Shown here in pieces: positions 21,295 to 31,410 of a DNA stretch of 64,000 nucleotides (positions within the stretch are counted from its first letter, which is position 1; each line of letters starts with the position of its first letter). The stretch is from Promethearchaeota archaeon. GTDB lineage: Archaea > Asgardarchaeota > Lokiarchaeia > Sigyniarchaeales > SOKP01. The notes beneath the pieces were generated by a model. It was not told the origin of the DNA. It saw nothing but the letters and a program-made list of their open reading frames with translations, and did not search any database. The DNA lies in the NCBI GenBank assembly GCA_018238625.1, contig JABCSY010000006.1, forward strand, positions 1 to 64,000, in the 5' to 3' direction. Position numbers and translations under genes: made by a program.

Positions 21295-23181
21295 TTACAT
21301 TATTGTTTGGATAAACGCTTTAAATGTATCGTAATCGTTTAAGAATTCATATGATAGAATTAAATTAACTATTTTGAAATTACTACCATAGAATATGCTG
21401 TTTAGATTATCAACAGTTTTGCCCCCCTTAAATAAAGAGTCGTCTATTATTAAATCAACGCGATCTCCAAGCTTTTTAATAATTTTGGTTTTAATTGGAT
21501 TCGTCTCATTTAATTCAGAAGAGAGAATAATTGTAGGTTTTCCTAAATAGGGAATAAAGTCAAAATTAAAAACAACAACTTGTTTTGAAATTTTCTCGGG
21601 TTGGAAGAACTTTTTTAACGTAGATTGTATTACTACTAATTCTTCTTGATCGTGATTGTTGCTTGATGGATAAATGTAATACGCAAAAGATTTATCCGAA
21701 CTGTACTTTAACTCTGAATAAACTCTATCAATGATAGGAAATATGCCAAAATCAAAACTAAATAGCGATATGAGAGCAATGTTGAAGTTATAATCGCCCA
21801 TTAGAATGTTACTGCTTGCATTTCCTCCAATGAGGGAAAACTGATTTATTTCCTTAGAGCTTTTTGAAGCGTAAGTATTTAATAGAAAGAATTGAGAAAA
21901 TGTTCCTATAGGTTCAACTTTAGTTTTTTTCTCTTTAACCATCTCGTAAATTTCGTTAAATAAGTCTTTTGCAACTCTTTCTCTTAGCCCTACCGAGCTT
22001 ATTTCCCCTATGACCGTGTCAGCAGCTTCTGGACAATCTAATTCCGCAATAATGCATATAGCTCCTCTAAAAAATGCGTAAGCCGGGTTCTTATAATCTT
22101 TAGCTGATAAAACAATTTTATTAGAATTAAGAATAATTTGATTGATTTGATTTATAATTTTAAGAATTAATACATTATTCTTTTTTTCATGCAATTTTTT
22201 TATAATGTTAAATAGAACTTTAATTTTAAGGATCTCATCTTCAATAGACTCAGAAAGTTTAAGAGCTAAATTGAAACCATTTTCCAGAGATTTGCTAATG
22301 ATGTTAATAAGTGCTTTTTCCTTTAGCGAAGCGTCGTCGATAAAAGAAAGAACCCTGATAACTTGATCTTGATTAGTATTTAGTAAATCAAGCGCTATTT
22401 TTTCTACTACTTGATTTTTTTTATTTTTATCGTTTAAATTTTTAATAACTTCTATTGTAGCGTCTAAATTAACTGTTGCATTGGCTCTAATTAAGTTATA
22501 ATAAAGCTTTTTTTTTTCTCCTTCATCAGATAGTTTTAACGAGTATTCTAACGCCTTAAAAAAATTACCCATCGAGAGATATGATTTTGCTAGAACTTTT
22601 AATTTATTATCAATTTCAACAAGCTTAACCCCAGTATCTCCATCTAATAATGGCGTATCGGAAGTTTGCAGGTTTTTTTGTGTTTCGCTATGAATTTTTA
22701 TTAATTCTTTAATTTCCTTCTCAATTATCTTAACTTCACTTTTACTAGACGCTATAAATAAGTCTTTTGAGTTAAACCCATCTCCATCATCGAATTCGAG
22801 AACTTGTATATTTTTCAAAATTTTATTTATTTTACTTGCGGAAATAGTCTCTCTTATCTTTTGTATATCTACCACGTATTCGACCAATTTCATCCAATAG
22901 GCATTGATTGTTAATTTTCCGTACCCATCAGCGGTTGGTTTCAATGTTAAATCTATTTTCCTAGTTTCTCCTGATTTAAATAGAACTTCTTTGTTGAACT
23001 CTTCTGGGTTAACCTCAATATCTAGATTTTCTCCCTCAAAAACAAATTTAAAATGTTCCTCCTTTTTAGAATTATTCACAACTTCTAAAGAAACAGAATT
23101 TTTTAAACTAGGAATTAGAAGATTTTGAGGAAACTTTTTTATAGTTATGGAGATTACTTGATTAGGGTCTGAGATTGCCAT
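21295..23181 (-). CDS. Hypothetical protein (beta-rich N-terminus, alpha-helical repeats)
   Basis: 628-aa ORF with repeated (I)DDxxL(K/R)xKxL helical units; no recognised family. Confidence 0.55.
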   Translation of the reverse strand: MAISDPNQVISITIKKFPQNLLIPSLKNSVSLEVVNNSKKEEHFKFVFEGENLDIEVNPEEFNKEVLFKSGETRKIDLTLKPTADGYGKLTINAYWMKLVEYVVDIQKIRETISASKINKILKNIQVLEFDDGDGFNSKDLFIASSKSEVKIIEKEIKELIKIHSETQKNLQTSDTPLLDGDTGVKLVEIDNKLKVLAKSYLSMGNFFKALEYSLKLSDEGEKKKLYYNLIRANATVNLDATIEVIKNLNDKNKKNQVVEKIALDLLNTNQDQVIRVLSFIDDASLKEKALINIISKSLENGFNLALKLSESIEDEILKIKVLFNIIKKLHEKKNNVLILKIINQINQIILNSNKIVLSAKDYKNPAYAFFRGAICIIAELDCPEAADTVIGEISSVGLRERVAKDLFNEIYEMVKEKKTKVEPIGTFSQFFLLNTYASKSSKEINQFSLIGGNASSNILMGDYNFNIALISLFSFDFGIFPIIDRVYSELKYSSDKSFAYYIYPSSNNHDQEELVVIQSTLKKFFQPEKISKQVVVFNFDFIPYLGKPTIILSSELNETNPIKTKIIKKLGDRVDLIIDDSLFKGGKTVDNLNSIFYGSNFKIVNLILSYEFLNDYDTFKAFIQTIM

Positions 23182-23343
23182 CTTAGTGTATCTTATTTAA
23201 TTTTAATATTTCTATTAATTGCGCATATCAGATATTTATTACGAATTAACAATGCATGCGTAAAAGCGCTATTTTACCTTAATATCAACAATATAAAATT
23301 TATTGATTTTAAATTTTTACAAAAAGAAAACTTCCCTTTTCTT

Positions 23344-24069
23344 CTATTTTCCTTTTCTTCTATTTCTCGCCAAGTAATCTTTGATATCTTCAATTATCAT
23401 TTCTTTATTATAATCAGGCCATAGGTCAGTTCTAAATTTGAACTCTGCATAAGATGCGTCCCATAACAGAAATCCCGAAATTCTAGCGCCATCTTCCATG
23501 CCTGTGCGAATGATGTAATCTAACTCTGGAAAACTTTTCGTATATAAATAGCTCTTGATTAAATCTCGCGTAATATCTTCTGACTTAATATTATCTTCCG
23601 TTATCTTTTTCACAGCGTCTACGATTTCTTCTTGGCCGTCATACATAATGCACAAGTTAATGAAATTTTGGTTATGGTCCTTTGTAAATTCAATTAATTC
23701 TTTGATTTTCTCCTGGACATCTTCAGGTAGCAAATGCACTCGGCCAATTACGTCAAATTTAACTTTCTCTTCTCTAACGGTTGATTCATTTATTACTGTA
23801 TCCACTGCTTTTAAAATTATCTTAAAAATATATCTAAGTTCGCTAACACTTCTTTTCCGCGCGTTTTCGAGGGATAAGGCGTAAATGCTCAAATAATGAA
23901 TTCCTGCGTCAAAAAAATCAAATAACCTATCTTTTAAATTCTCGTACCCTATTAAATGGCCCACATTTGCCTCAAACAATTTTTTTTTTGCCCATCTACG
24001 ATTACCATCTAAAATTAAACCAATGTGTTTAGGCAGCTTATTTGCGGGTATGTCCTTTAACTCTTCCAA
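23344..24069 (-). CDS. uppS: cis-prenyltransferase (polyprenyl diphosphate synthase)
   Basis: HIGLILDGNRRWA, YALSLEN, DYIIRTG...RISGFLLW, NRRKGK. Confidence 0.93.
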   Translation of the reverse strand: MEELKDIPANKLPKHIGLILDGNRRWAKKKLFEANVGHLIGYENLKDRLFDFFDAGIHYLSIYALSLENARKRSVSELRYIFKIILKAVDTVINESTVREEKVKFDVIGRVHLLPEDVQEKIKELIEFTKDHNQNFINLCIMYDGQEEIVDAVKKITEDNIKSEDITRDLIKSYLYTKSFPELDYIIRTGMEDGARISGFLLWDASYAEFKFRTDLWPDYNKEMIIEDIKDYLARNRRKGK

Positions 24070-24367
24070 GATAATTTAACCTTTAGAGACATTACTACAA
24101 TTGATACTACTATTAATATTAATAGGAATATGAGATTTATTTATTATAAATTTTTATTATTTGAATTACAATTCATATTTTCTCTTATTACCACGATTAA
24201 GAATTTGAACTGTTGAGATTATTAGAAATTTAAGAAATCTTATATAACTACCTCATATAATAAGAATAATGTTTAACTAGATAAGTTTTTGAATAAATAT
24301 TTAACTAAATAAACATTACATTTAACAATCGAACCAATTTAAACCAGCGTTAAAAGAGAGATCCCTA

Positions 24368-25996
24368 ATGATAAGCAACGAATACTTGTTTTCTGATATC
24401 GGAATCGATAGTGTAGGGTTTTATGCTCCAAAATATTATGTCAAGTTAAAAGATCTCGCTGTTGAGCGGAAAGTAGACCCTGATAAATATAAAAAGGGTC
24501 TTATGGCAATAGAAATGAGAATACCCGATGTGAACGAGGATATCATTTCTCTGGGATTGAAGGCAGGATATCAAGCTTTAGTAAAGGGAAACATATCTCC
24601 TAAGAGTATTGACGCTCTTTTCGTAGGAACAGAGACTATAACATATGCAGTAAAGTCGGTTTCAAACATCTTCGCCGAATTGTTAGGGATATCAACCAAT
24701 TCTGTTTGCCAAGACGTCTATAACGCGTGCGCAGGTGGAACTCTAGCCCTTCTCAACGCGATTGCTTTGGTAGAAAAAGATATTATAAAAAAAGCACTTG
24801 TCATAAGTGTTGATATTTCTTCATATCAAATAGGCAGTCCAAGTGAGGCTACTCAAGGTTCAGGAGCAATTGCTTTAGTTATCTCAAAAAACCCTAGGAT
24901 TGCGACCTTTGGTGAAAAATTTGGAAAGGTTTCGGGAAATGTTGACGATTTTTTCCGCCCAGCTAATGAAAAAAATGCTAAAGTTTTTGGTCATTATTCA
25001 GTAAGTACTTATCTCAATTTTCAATTGAAAGCATACGACGATTTGATTAACAATATAGGGGATTTTCACGCTGATTTCTACACATTTCACGCGCCCTTTT
25101 CTAAACTACCAATAAAAATCATGCAACAGATAATCCAAAAACGCTGGATAAAGCATATTCAAAACCTTCCAAGGGTAAAAAAAGATCAAATAACATCGTC
25201 CCTCCTTAAGAAACTTGATTATTTTATGCACGATATTACTGTTTTACCAGAGTGGTTATATTTGAAACTGAAAGAGAGAGGTTACTCCTCCGAAACATTG
25301 GAAAATATATCATACAAACTTATAGCAAATGTTAAAGGTAAAGTACTTCCACAATTAAGAGTGCCTTCGCATTTCGGGAATCTTTACAACGCTAGTATCT
25401 GGGCTCAAATCATTTATCTTCTTGAAAATTATTCTCGAGCAAACGACACGATTTATTTTGGTTCATATGGGTCTGGGGCGACATGCATTTCTGGATTGTT
25501 AAAAGTTAAGGAAGGTTTTAAGACAGTCGTTGATAAAAGTCCAAAGATTAATGATTTTATTGAAAATAAAGAACGCAAAAGTGTGAAAGAATACGAGTTA
25601 ATAAGGTCTGGTGATTATGTGCCTACAACGGTATTAGGTGAAATTGCTGAACACGAGATCAATAAAAACAGAGGGTTTACGCTTCATTTTTGCGATGATG
25701 GGTGTATCATTCCAAATATAGAAGGATTAGATCATTGTCCAAAAGGACATTCTGGTTTTCACAAGAGATTTTTTCCATTGTTTGCGATATTAAAGTCAGA
25801 ACCAATCGTAAATCCTAACGAAAATGATCTTAGTTTCCTCAGCAATGGGTTAGTAAGGATTGCTGGTAACGCTAAACAGGGGGCTTGTTTAGAGTACGAG
25901 ATAAGACGCATTGAAAATAAAGAAGAAACAAATATTAACGCTATTGGTTTATTAAACTGGAGCCCCTTGTATGTTCCCGTTCAAAGAATTTATTGA
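24368..25996 (+). CDS. HMG-CoA synthase with C-terminal Cys/His-containing extension
   Basis: FVGTET, NACAGGT (catalytic Cys), EATQGSGA, DFFRP, FHAPF, GNLYNAS, SYGSG. Confidence 0.9.
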   Translation: MISNEYLFSDIGIDSVGFYAPKYYVKLKDLAVERKVDPDKYKKGLMAIEMRIPDVNEDIISLGLKAGYQALVKGNISPKSIDALFVGTETITYAVKSVSNIFAELLGISTNSVCQDVYNACAGGTLALLNAIALVEKDIIKKALVISVDISSYQIGSPSEATQGSGAIALVISKNPRIATFGEKFGKVSGNVDDFFRPANEKNAKVFGHYSVSTYLNFQLKAYDDLINNIGDFHADFYTFHAPFSKLPIKIMQQIIQKRWIKHIQNLPRVKKDQITSSLLKKLDYFMHDITVLPEWLYLKLKERGYSSETLENISYKLIANVKGKVLPQLRVPSHFGNLYNASIWAQIIYLLENYSRANDTIYFGSYGSGATCISGLLKVKEGFKTVVDKSPKINDFIENKERKSVKEYELIRSGDYVPTTVLGEIAEHEINKNRGFTLHFCDDGCIIPNIEGLDHCPKGHSGFHKRFFPLFAILKSEPIVNPNENDLSFLSNGLVRIAGNAKQGACLEYEIRRIENKEETNINAIGLLNWSPLYVPVQRIY

Positions 25997-26146
25997 CCAA
26001 TAATCCATTGTGGAAGAGTTCCTCTGCCGGTATTATAATAAATAATGACATCTTCTATTTTTCACCATTCTATCAACCAAAAGTTCAATATTATCTAGGG
26101 CAAGACAATTAGAAGATGATATAAATAATTTCAAATTAAGATTAAT

Positions 26147-27439
26147 GTGAATAAAGATATGCAAGAAATTCGTTCAGATATATCGGGTTTTTATAAGTTA
26201 TCCTTAGAAGAACGCCAGCATCAATTAGCTAAATTGATTAACTTAAAACACGAAGAAATTAAATTATTGCAAGCTTTGGGGTATTTTACGTCCAATCAAA
26301 TTGACACGCTAATAGAAAATGTAATTGGGAGCTACCAATTGCCCTTGGGGATTGCTTTAAACTTTAAGATTAATGGAAAAGATTATATTTTGCCCATGGT
26401 GATTGAAGAACCTTCAGTAGTGGCCGCTGCTTCTAACGCAGCTAAGATAGCAAGAAAAAACGGGGGTTTTCAGTCTGAAGAAGTTAAATCAATCATGATT
26501 TCTCAAATCCAAATAACTCAATTAAAAGATATTGCTGCTGCCAAGGAAATTTTAGCGAGAAATAAGGAAAAAATCTTAAAAATTGCAAATGAGCAAGATC
26601 CCTTATTAAATAAGCTAGGTGGAGGTGCTATAGATATTGAGCTTCGAGAAATAGAAACAAAAAAAGGAAAAATGCTAATCCTTCACCTTCTGGTTAATGT
26701 CTTAGACGCTATGGGTGCTAATGTAGTAAATACGATGGCTGAAGCCGTAAGTCCTTACATTGAAGAAATTAGCGAAGGGAAGATATATCTGCGAATTGTA
26801 TCTAACTTGGCTACACATCGAATTGCGAAATGTAAAGCCACATTTGATAAGAACTTGCTGGGTGGAGAAGAAGTAGTTGAGGGTATTTTAAACGCTTATG
26901 AATTTGCGCTCGCCGATCCCTATAGAGCAACGACCCATAATAAAGGGATAATGAATGGAATAATTGCGTTAACTTTAGCAACAGGAAATGACACTCGTGC
27001 TATTGAAGCAGGAGCTCACGCATACGCTTCCTTGAGCGGTAAATACAAACCTCTTACGAAATTTAAATCTGACTCAGAGGGTAATTTAGTTGGCGAGATA
27101 GAAGTTCCTTTAGCTCTTGGAATTGTTGGAGGAATGACAAAAATTCATCCAATGGCACGTTTAGCACTGAAAATTTTAGGTGTTAAGAGTGCAGAAGAGT
27201 TATCTCAAATTGCTGCGGCGTTAGGGTTAGCCCAGAATGTAGCCGCCTTAAGAGCCTTAGCATCAGAAGGTATCCAGAAGGGTCATATGACACTTCATTC
27301 TCGTAATATAGCGAAATTAGCTGGTGTACCCGAAAATTTGATTGAAGAGGTTGCAAATAAAATAGTAGAAGATAAAAAAATAAGAGTAGATTACGCAAAG
27401 GAAGTTTTAAAGGAAATAATTAAAAGTAAAAACCTTTAG
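26147..27439 (+). CDS. mvaA: HMG-CoA reductase, class II
   Basis: ENVIG, EEPSVVAAAS, DAMGAN, THNKGIMNG, GNDTRAIEAG, GIQKGHMTLH. Confidence 0.93.
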   Translation: MNKDMQEIRSDISGFYKLSLEERQHQLAKLINLKHEEIKLLQALGYFTSNQIDTLIENVIGSYQLPLGIALNFKINGKDYILPMVIEEPSVVAAASNAAKIARKNGGFQSEEVKSIMISQIQITQLKDIAAAKEILARNKEKILKIANEQDPLLNKLGGGAIDIELREIETKKGKMLILHLLVNVLDAMGANVVNTMAEAVSPYIEEISEGKIYLRIVSNLATHRIAKCKATFDKNLLGGEEVVEGILNAYEFALADPYRATTHNKGIMNGIIALTLATGNDTRAIEAGAHAYASLSGKYKPLTKFKSDSEGNLVGEIEVPLALGIVGGMTKIHPMARLALKILGVKSAEELSQIAAALGLAQNVAALRALASEGIQKGHMTLHSRNIAKLAGVPENLIEEVANKIVEDKKIRVDYAKEVLKEIIKSKNL

Positions 27440-27520
27440 TTTTATAAAAAGTGTTTCATAAACTCCTCTAATAAAAAGCGATATAATTGATAACTGCATA
27501 ACGATAAATAAAATTTTGAG

Positions 27521-28831
27521 ATGATATTTATGGGATTTAGAGATTATATAAATAAAATTGATGAGAAAGGTCTCCTTCAAAAGGTAGATATCGAAACTTC
27601 GAAGAATTTAGAGATTTCTGGAATTTTAAAAGAGAAAGAACCAACTTCCTTAATGTTTAATAATGTTAAAGAATCTGAATTCAGGTTGGTTGGTAATATG
27701 TTCTGTACTAAGAATGTGATTGCTTCGTATTTCAATGTAACTCCCACAGACATCATACCAATGCTTTCAAAAGCAATTACTGAATGTTCAGAACCCGAAA
27801 TCGTACCAAATGCTCCTTGTCAAGAAGTTATAGCATCAAGCGTAGATTTAGATAAATTACCAATTTTATTTCATTGCGAAAAGGACGGCGGGAATTACAT
27901 AAGTTCTGCTGTCGTAATCACAAGAGACCCAGATTACGGACAAAACATGGATTTTCATCGGGCTATGCAATTTTCCAAAAACAAATTTTCTACTCGAATA
28001 GTTAGAGGTCGACATTTTCATACATTTTTAGAAAAAAATAGCGAATTAGATGTTGCTTTTTGCATAGGTAATACTCCTAACATTCTAATTGCCGGAGCTA
28101 CGTCTGTGGATATTGGGGTTGACGAATTACATATTGCAAATGCATTAGAACCAATAAAAGTTGTTAAAGCAAATACAGTTGATCTTTTAATCCCTGCAGA
28201 TGCAGAATTTGTATTAGAAGGGCGTGTCTATTTAGAAGAAAAACACGCTGAAGGCCCTTTTCTCGACTTAACAGAAACTTATGATATTATAAGAGAAGAA
28301 CCCGTTTTTGAAGTTAAAAAAATAACTCATAGAAAGGACGCGATCTGGCAAGCGTTATTACCCGGTGCGCTTGAACATAAAATATTGATGGGTATGCCAA
28401 GAGAACCAACTATTTTCAATAAAGTGAACGAATCTGGTGTTAAATGCCTAGATGTTAATATAAATCCTGGAGGATGTTCGTGGCTACATGCAATTGTGCA
28501 AATTGATAAAAAATCAGAAGATGATGGCAAAAAAGCTATTGAAGGTGCATTTATTGGACATAGTAGTTGCAAACACATATTTATTGTGGATAAAGATATT
28601 GATATTTACGACCCGTTATCTGTGGAATGGGCGATGGCAACTCGCTTTCAAGGCGATGTTAATATGAAAATTAAAGATAAGGAACCTGGAAGTAGTTTAG
28701 ATCCTAGCGCAGAACCAGGAACGAAAATGACAACTAAAATGGGATTTGATTTAACGAAACCCTTAGTGACTAAAGGAAAGAGCTTTGATAGAGCTAGTTT
28801 CCCAAAAGTAGATTTGAACAAATATTTTTAA
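27521..28831 (+). CDS. UbiD-family decarboxylase, probable trans-anhydromevalonate phosphate decarboxylase
   Basis: DGGNYI, AEFVLEG, EGPF, DIDI...VEWAMATRFQ, SSLDPS; sits within the mevalonate operon. Confidence 0.85.
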   Translation: MIFMGFRDYINKIDEKGLLQKVDIETSKNLEISGILKEKEPTSLMFNNVKESEFRLVGNMFCTKNVIASYFNVTPTDIIPMLSKAITECSEPEIVPNAPCQEVIASSVDLDKLPILFHCEKDGGNYISSAVVITRDPDYGQNMDFHRAMQFSKNKFSTRIVRGRHFHTFLEKNSELDVAFCIGNTPNILIAGATSVDIGVDELHIANALEPIKVVKANTVDLLIPADAEFVLEGRVYLEEKHAEGPFLDLTETYDIIREEPVFEVKKITHRKDAIWQALLPGALEHKILMGMPREPTIFNKVNESGVKCLDVNINPGGCSWLHAIVQIDKKSEDDGKKAIEGAFIGHSSCKHIFIVDKDIDIYDPLSVEWAMATRFQGDVNMKIKDKEPGSSLDPSAEPGTKMTTKMGFDLTKPLVTKGKSFDRASFPKVDLNKYF

Positions 28832-28841
28832 TACAAAGCAT

Positions 28842-30044
28842 TTGAGGATTATGAGACTAGAACAAATAGAAAAAGATATGCTTGACGGAAAGCATGGAAA
28901 GTCCGCCCAGAAATCCATGGAAATATTAACCACTTTAGGCGAAATATTTGGTGCTGAATGTATGGTTGATGTTTATGGGGTTCAAATAGCAGGAGTTTCC
29001 TACGCTAATCTTGGAGAAGCGGGGTTGGAATTCTTGAACGAAATGGCAGAGGATGGAAAGGTCAGGGTTTTAACTACTTTAAATCCCGCTGGAATGGATC
29101 GCGAAAATTGGCGAGCGTTAGGGATAGACGAAGAATTTTTTAAAAATCAGAATCGAGCTATAGATGCTTTTGCAAAAATGGGAATAATTACGACGTGTTC
29201 TTGTACACCTTATTTAATTGGAAACGCACCCCATTATGGACAGCACATTGCTTGGGCCGAAAGTAGCGCTGTTTGTTATTCCAACTCTGTTATTGGAGCT
29301 CGAACGAATCGAGAGGGAGGACCAAGCGCTCTAGCAGCGGCTATAACCGGTAAGACGCCTAAATACGGCTATCATTTGGAAAAGAATCGTCATGGCCAAG
29401 TCTTGTTTAAGATAAACGCTTCAGTCAAGGGTACTGATGAGTTTGGCGTGTTGGGAAAATTTATTGGCGATAAACTAGTTGAAAATGGAAAAAAAATCCC
29501 TTATATTGCGGGAATTCCTTCTGCTACCGTTGAAGAACTTAAGTCCTTTTGCGCTTCAGTCGCTACCTATGGTGGAACGGCATTATTCCACATGGAAGGA
29601 ATTACTCCTGAGTACAATAAGTACGCTAAACCAAGTGAAATTGTCATCGAAATCAATCAGGACGATTTAGATAAAACTCGTGCTGAGCTTATTGACGACG
29701 ATCTTGAGATAGATTTTGTAAGTCTAGGTTGTCCTCACGCTTCAATTCACGAAATAGCGGAAATTGCGAAATTGTTAGAGGGAAAAAATGTAAAGAAAGA
29801 ATTTTGGATTACTACGGCACGACCTACAAAAAGGATCGCAGACGAAGCCGGTTATTCTAAAATTATTGAAGAAGCTGGAGCAAAATTTGCGGCAGACACC
29901 TGTTGCGTCGTAGCTCCAATTAAAGGTCGCTTCAAGGGAATTATGGTCGATTCAGCAAAGGCGTGTTATTACGGCCGCGCAAAAAATAAATTTAAAGTAA
30001 AAATTGGTTCAATAGAACAATGCGTTGAGGAGGCGATTAAATGA
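28842..30044 (+). CDS. Aconitase X large subunit, probable phosphomevalonate dehydratase large subunit
   Basis: CSCTPY, AWAESSA, GARTNREGGP, LGCPHAS, DTCCVV. Confidence 0.9.
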   Translation: MRIMRLEQIEKDMLDGKHGKSAQKSMEILTTLGEIFGAECMVDVYGVQIAGVSYANLGEAGLEFLNEMAEDGKVRVLTTLNPAGMDRENWRALGIDEEFFKNQNRAIDAFAKMGIITTCSCTPYLIGNAPHYGQHIAWAESSAVCYSNSVIGARTNREGGPSALAAAITGKTPKYGYHLEKNRHGQVLFKINASVKGTDEFGVLGKFIGDKLVENGKKIPYIAGIPSATVEELKSFCASVATYGGTALFHMEGITPEYNKYAKPSEIVIEINQDDLDKTRAELIDDDLEIDFVSLGCPHASIHEIAEIAKLLEGKNVKKEFWITTARPTKRIADEAGYSKIIEEAGAKFAADTCCVVAPIKGRFKGIMVDSAKACYYGRAKNKFKVKIGSIEQCVEEAIK

Positions 30045-30430
30045 AGCTAGAAGGACGGAAAATTTATAAAGGAATTGCGAAAGCAGAAGCGATAGTAACT
30101 AAAGATGGGATCTCATTTTATGGTGGCGTAGATCCTGACACCGGTATAGTTGTTGAGGTTGGGCACGATCTTGAAGGACAATCAATAACCGGAAAAGTGC
30201 TAGTCTTTCCTACTGGTAAAGGCTCGACTGTAGGGTCGTACACGATGTATAGGATGAAAAAGAACAACAAGGCTCCAGCAGCAATCGTAAACGAAGAGAT
30301 CGATACTATAATAGCAGTGGGTTGTATAATTAGTGAAATTCCATGCGTAGATAAAATTGATATTAAAAATATTAAGACTGGGCAAAAATTAATTGTAAAT
30401 GGTTCAGAAGGTACTGTGGAGGTGAAATAA
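30041..30430 (+). CDS. Aconitase X swivel (DUF126) subunit, phosphomevalonate dehydratase small subunit
   Basis: ISFYGGVDPDTG, GKGSTVGSY; overlaps the large-subunit stop. Confidence 0.9.
   Translation: MKLEGRKIYKGIAKAEAIVTKDGISFYGGVDPDTGIVVEVGHDLEGQSITGKVLVFPTGKGSTVGSYTMYRMKKNNKAPAAIVNEEIDTIIAVGCIISEIPCVDKIDIKNIKTGQKLIVNGSEGTVEVK
30418..30425 (+). promoter_or_regulatory. Shine-Dalgarno GGAGGTGA, 5 nt upstream of an ACG codon that opens the mevalonate kinase frame
   Basis: GGAGGTGA-AATAA-ACG read directly. Confidence 0.6.
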
Positions 30431-31397
30431 ACGGGAACTGGAAAAGGATACGGTAAGACCATTCTCTTTGGCGAAATTTACTTCTCATTTCGGTAGTAGA
30501 CGCAATCATTTTGTAGTTTATGGTCTTCCCGCTATTGCTTCGGCTTTAGGTACCTATACAACCGCAGATGTTAAAGTTGTTGAAGGGCAAAATTGGACTG
30601 TTGACGATCAGAGACCCGCTACACCGGGTTATAAAAAAAAGAAATACGATGAAGCTATGCAATCAATTAGAAATGTATTGGAACTTTTAAAAATAGATAC
30701 AGATAGTCAAAAACTTGAAATAACTTTTACCGGAGATTTATTTGCTGCGAGTGGAGTTGGAGCTTCTGCTGCTCAATGCACATCTCTTACTCGTGCACTC
30801 AACGATTGCTTTAATCTAAAATTAGACGATGAAAAGATAAACGAGGCTGCGTACGAAGGAGAAAAAGCTTATCACGGAACCCCTTCTGGTATTGACAACA
30901 CGGCTTCGACTTACGGTGGTTTGATTTGGTTTGTGAAAAATTTAAGTGGTGGAAAAAATACGATGGACTTCCTTCAATCGCCAAAAAAGATGCCCTTAGT
31001 AATCGCAAATTCAGGAATAACGGCTTCAACAACGGAAGTAGTTGCTGATGTTCGACGTTTAAAGGAAGCTAATTCAGAAGAATTTGAGAAGATACTAAAC
31101 GAATATAAGACTCTATCAGAAAAAGCAAAAAAAGCCTTGCTTGAAGGTGATATTGCCATTATAGGTAAATTAATGAATCAAAACCACGAATTACTTCAAA
31201 AAATCTCAGTTTCAGGAGAAATAAACGATAAATTAGTGGAGATAGCACTAAAAAATGGAGCGGTTGGAGCTAAAATGACGGGAACTGGTCGGGGAGGTTT
31301 AGTAATCGCTTTAGCAGAAAATGAAGAAATGCAAGAATTTATCGCCAAGGCTATCGAAAAAGAAGGCTATGCCGCCTGGAGAACAATGATAGGATGA
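30431..31397 (+). CDS. mvk: Mevalonate kinase, split gene: join(30431..30475,30507..31397), 311 aa
   Basis: Exon 1 (ACG)GTGKGYGKTILFGE joins HFVVYGLPAIA to give the GHMP GK.ILFGEH motif. Also SGVGASAA, HGTPSGIDN, GAKMTGTGRGG. Confidence 0.88.
30476..30506 (+). other. Putative 31-nt BHB-type intron in mvk
   Basis: GGCG AA^A TTTACT-loop-AGTAGA CGCA AT^C; removal restores both frame and motif. Confidence 0.8.
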
Positions 31398-31410
31398 GTG
31401 TTAATTAAAA

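Noticed and set aside
26049-26118. 9-bp inverted repeat CATCTTCTA/TAGAAGATG upstream of HMGR
   Set aside because: Short, with a long loop, in AT-rich DNA; could be chance, and nothing else supports it.
30468-30506. ORF-track N-terminus MAKFTSHFGSRRN of mevalonate kinase
   Set aside because: It is a translation of the putative intron; the conserved N-terminus lies in another frame at 30431-30475.
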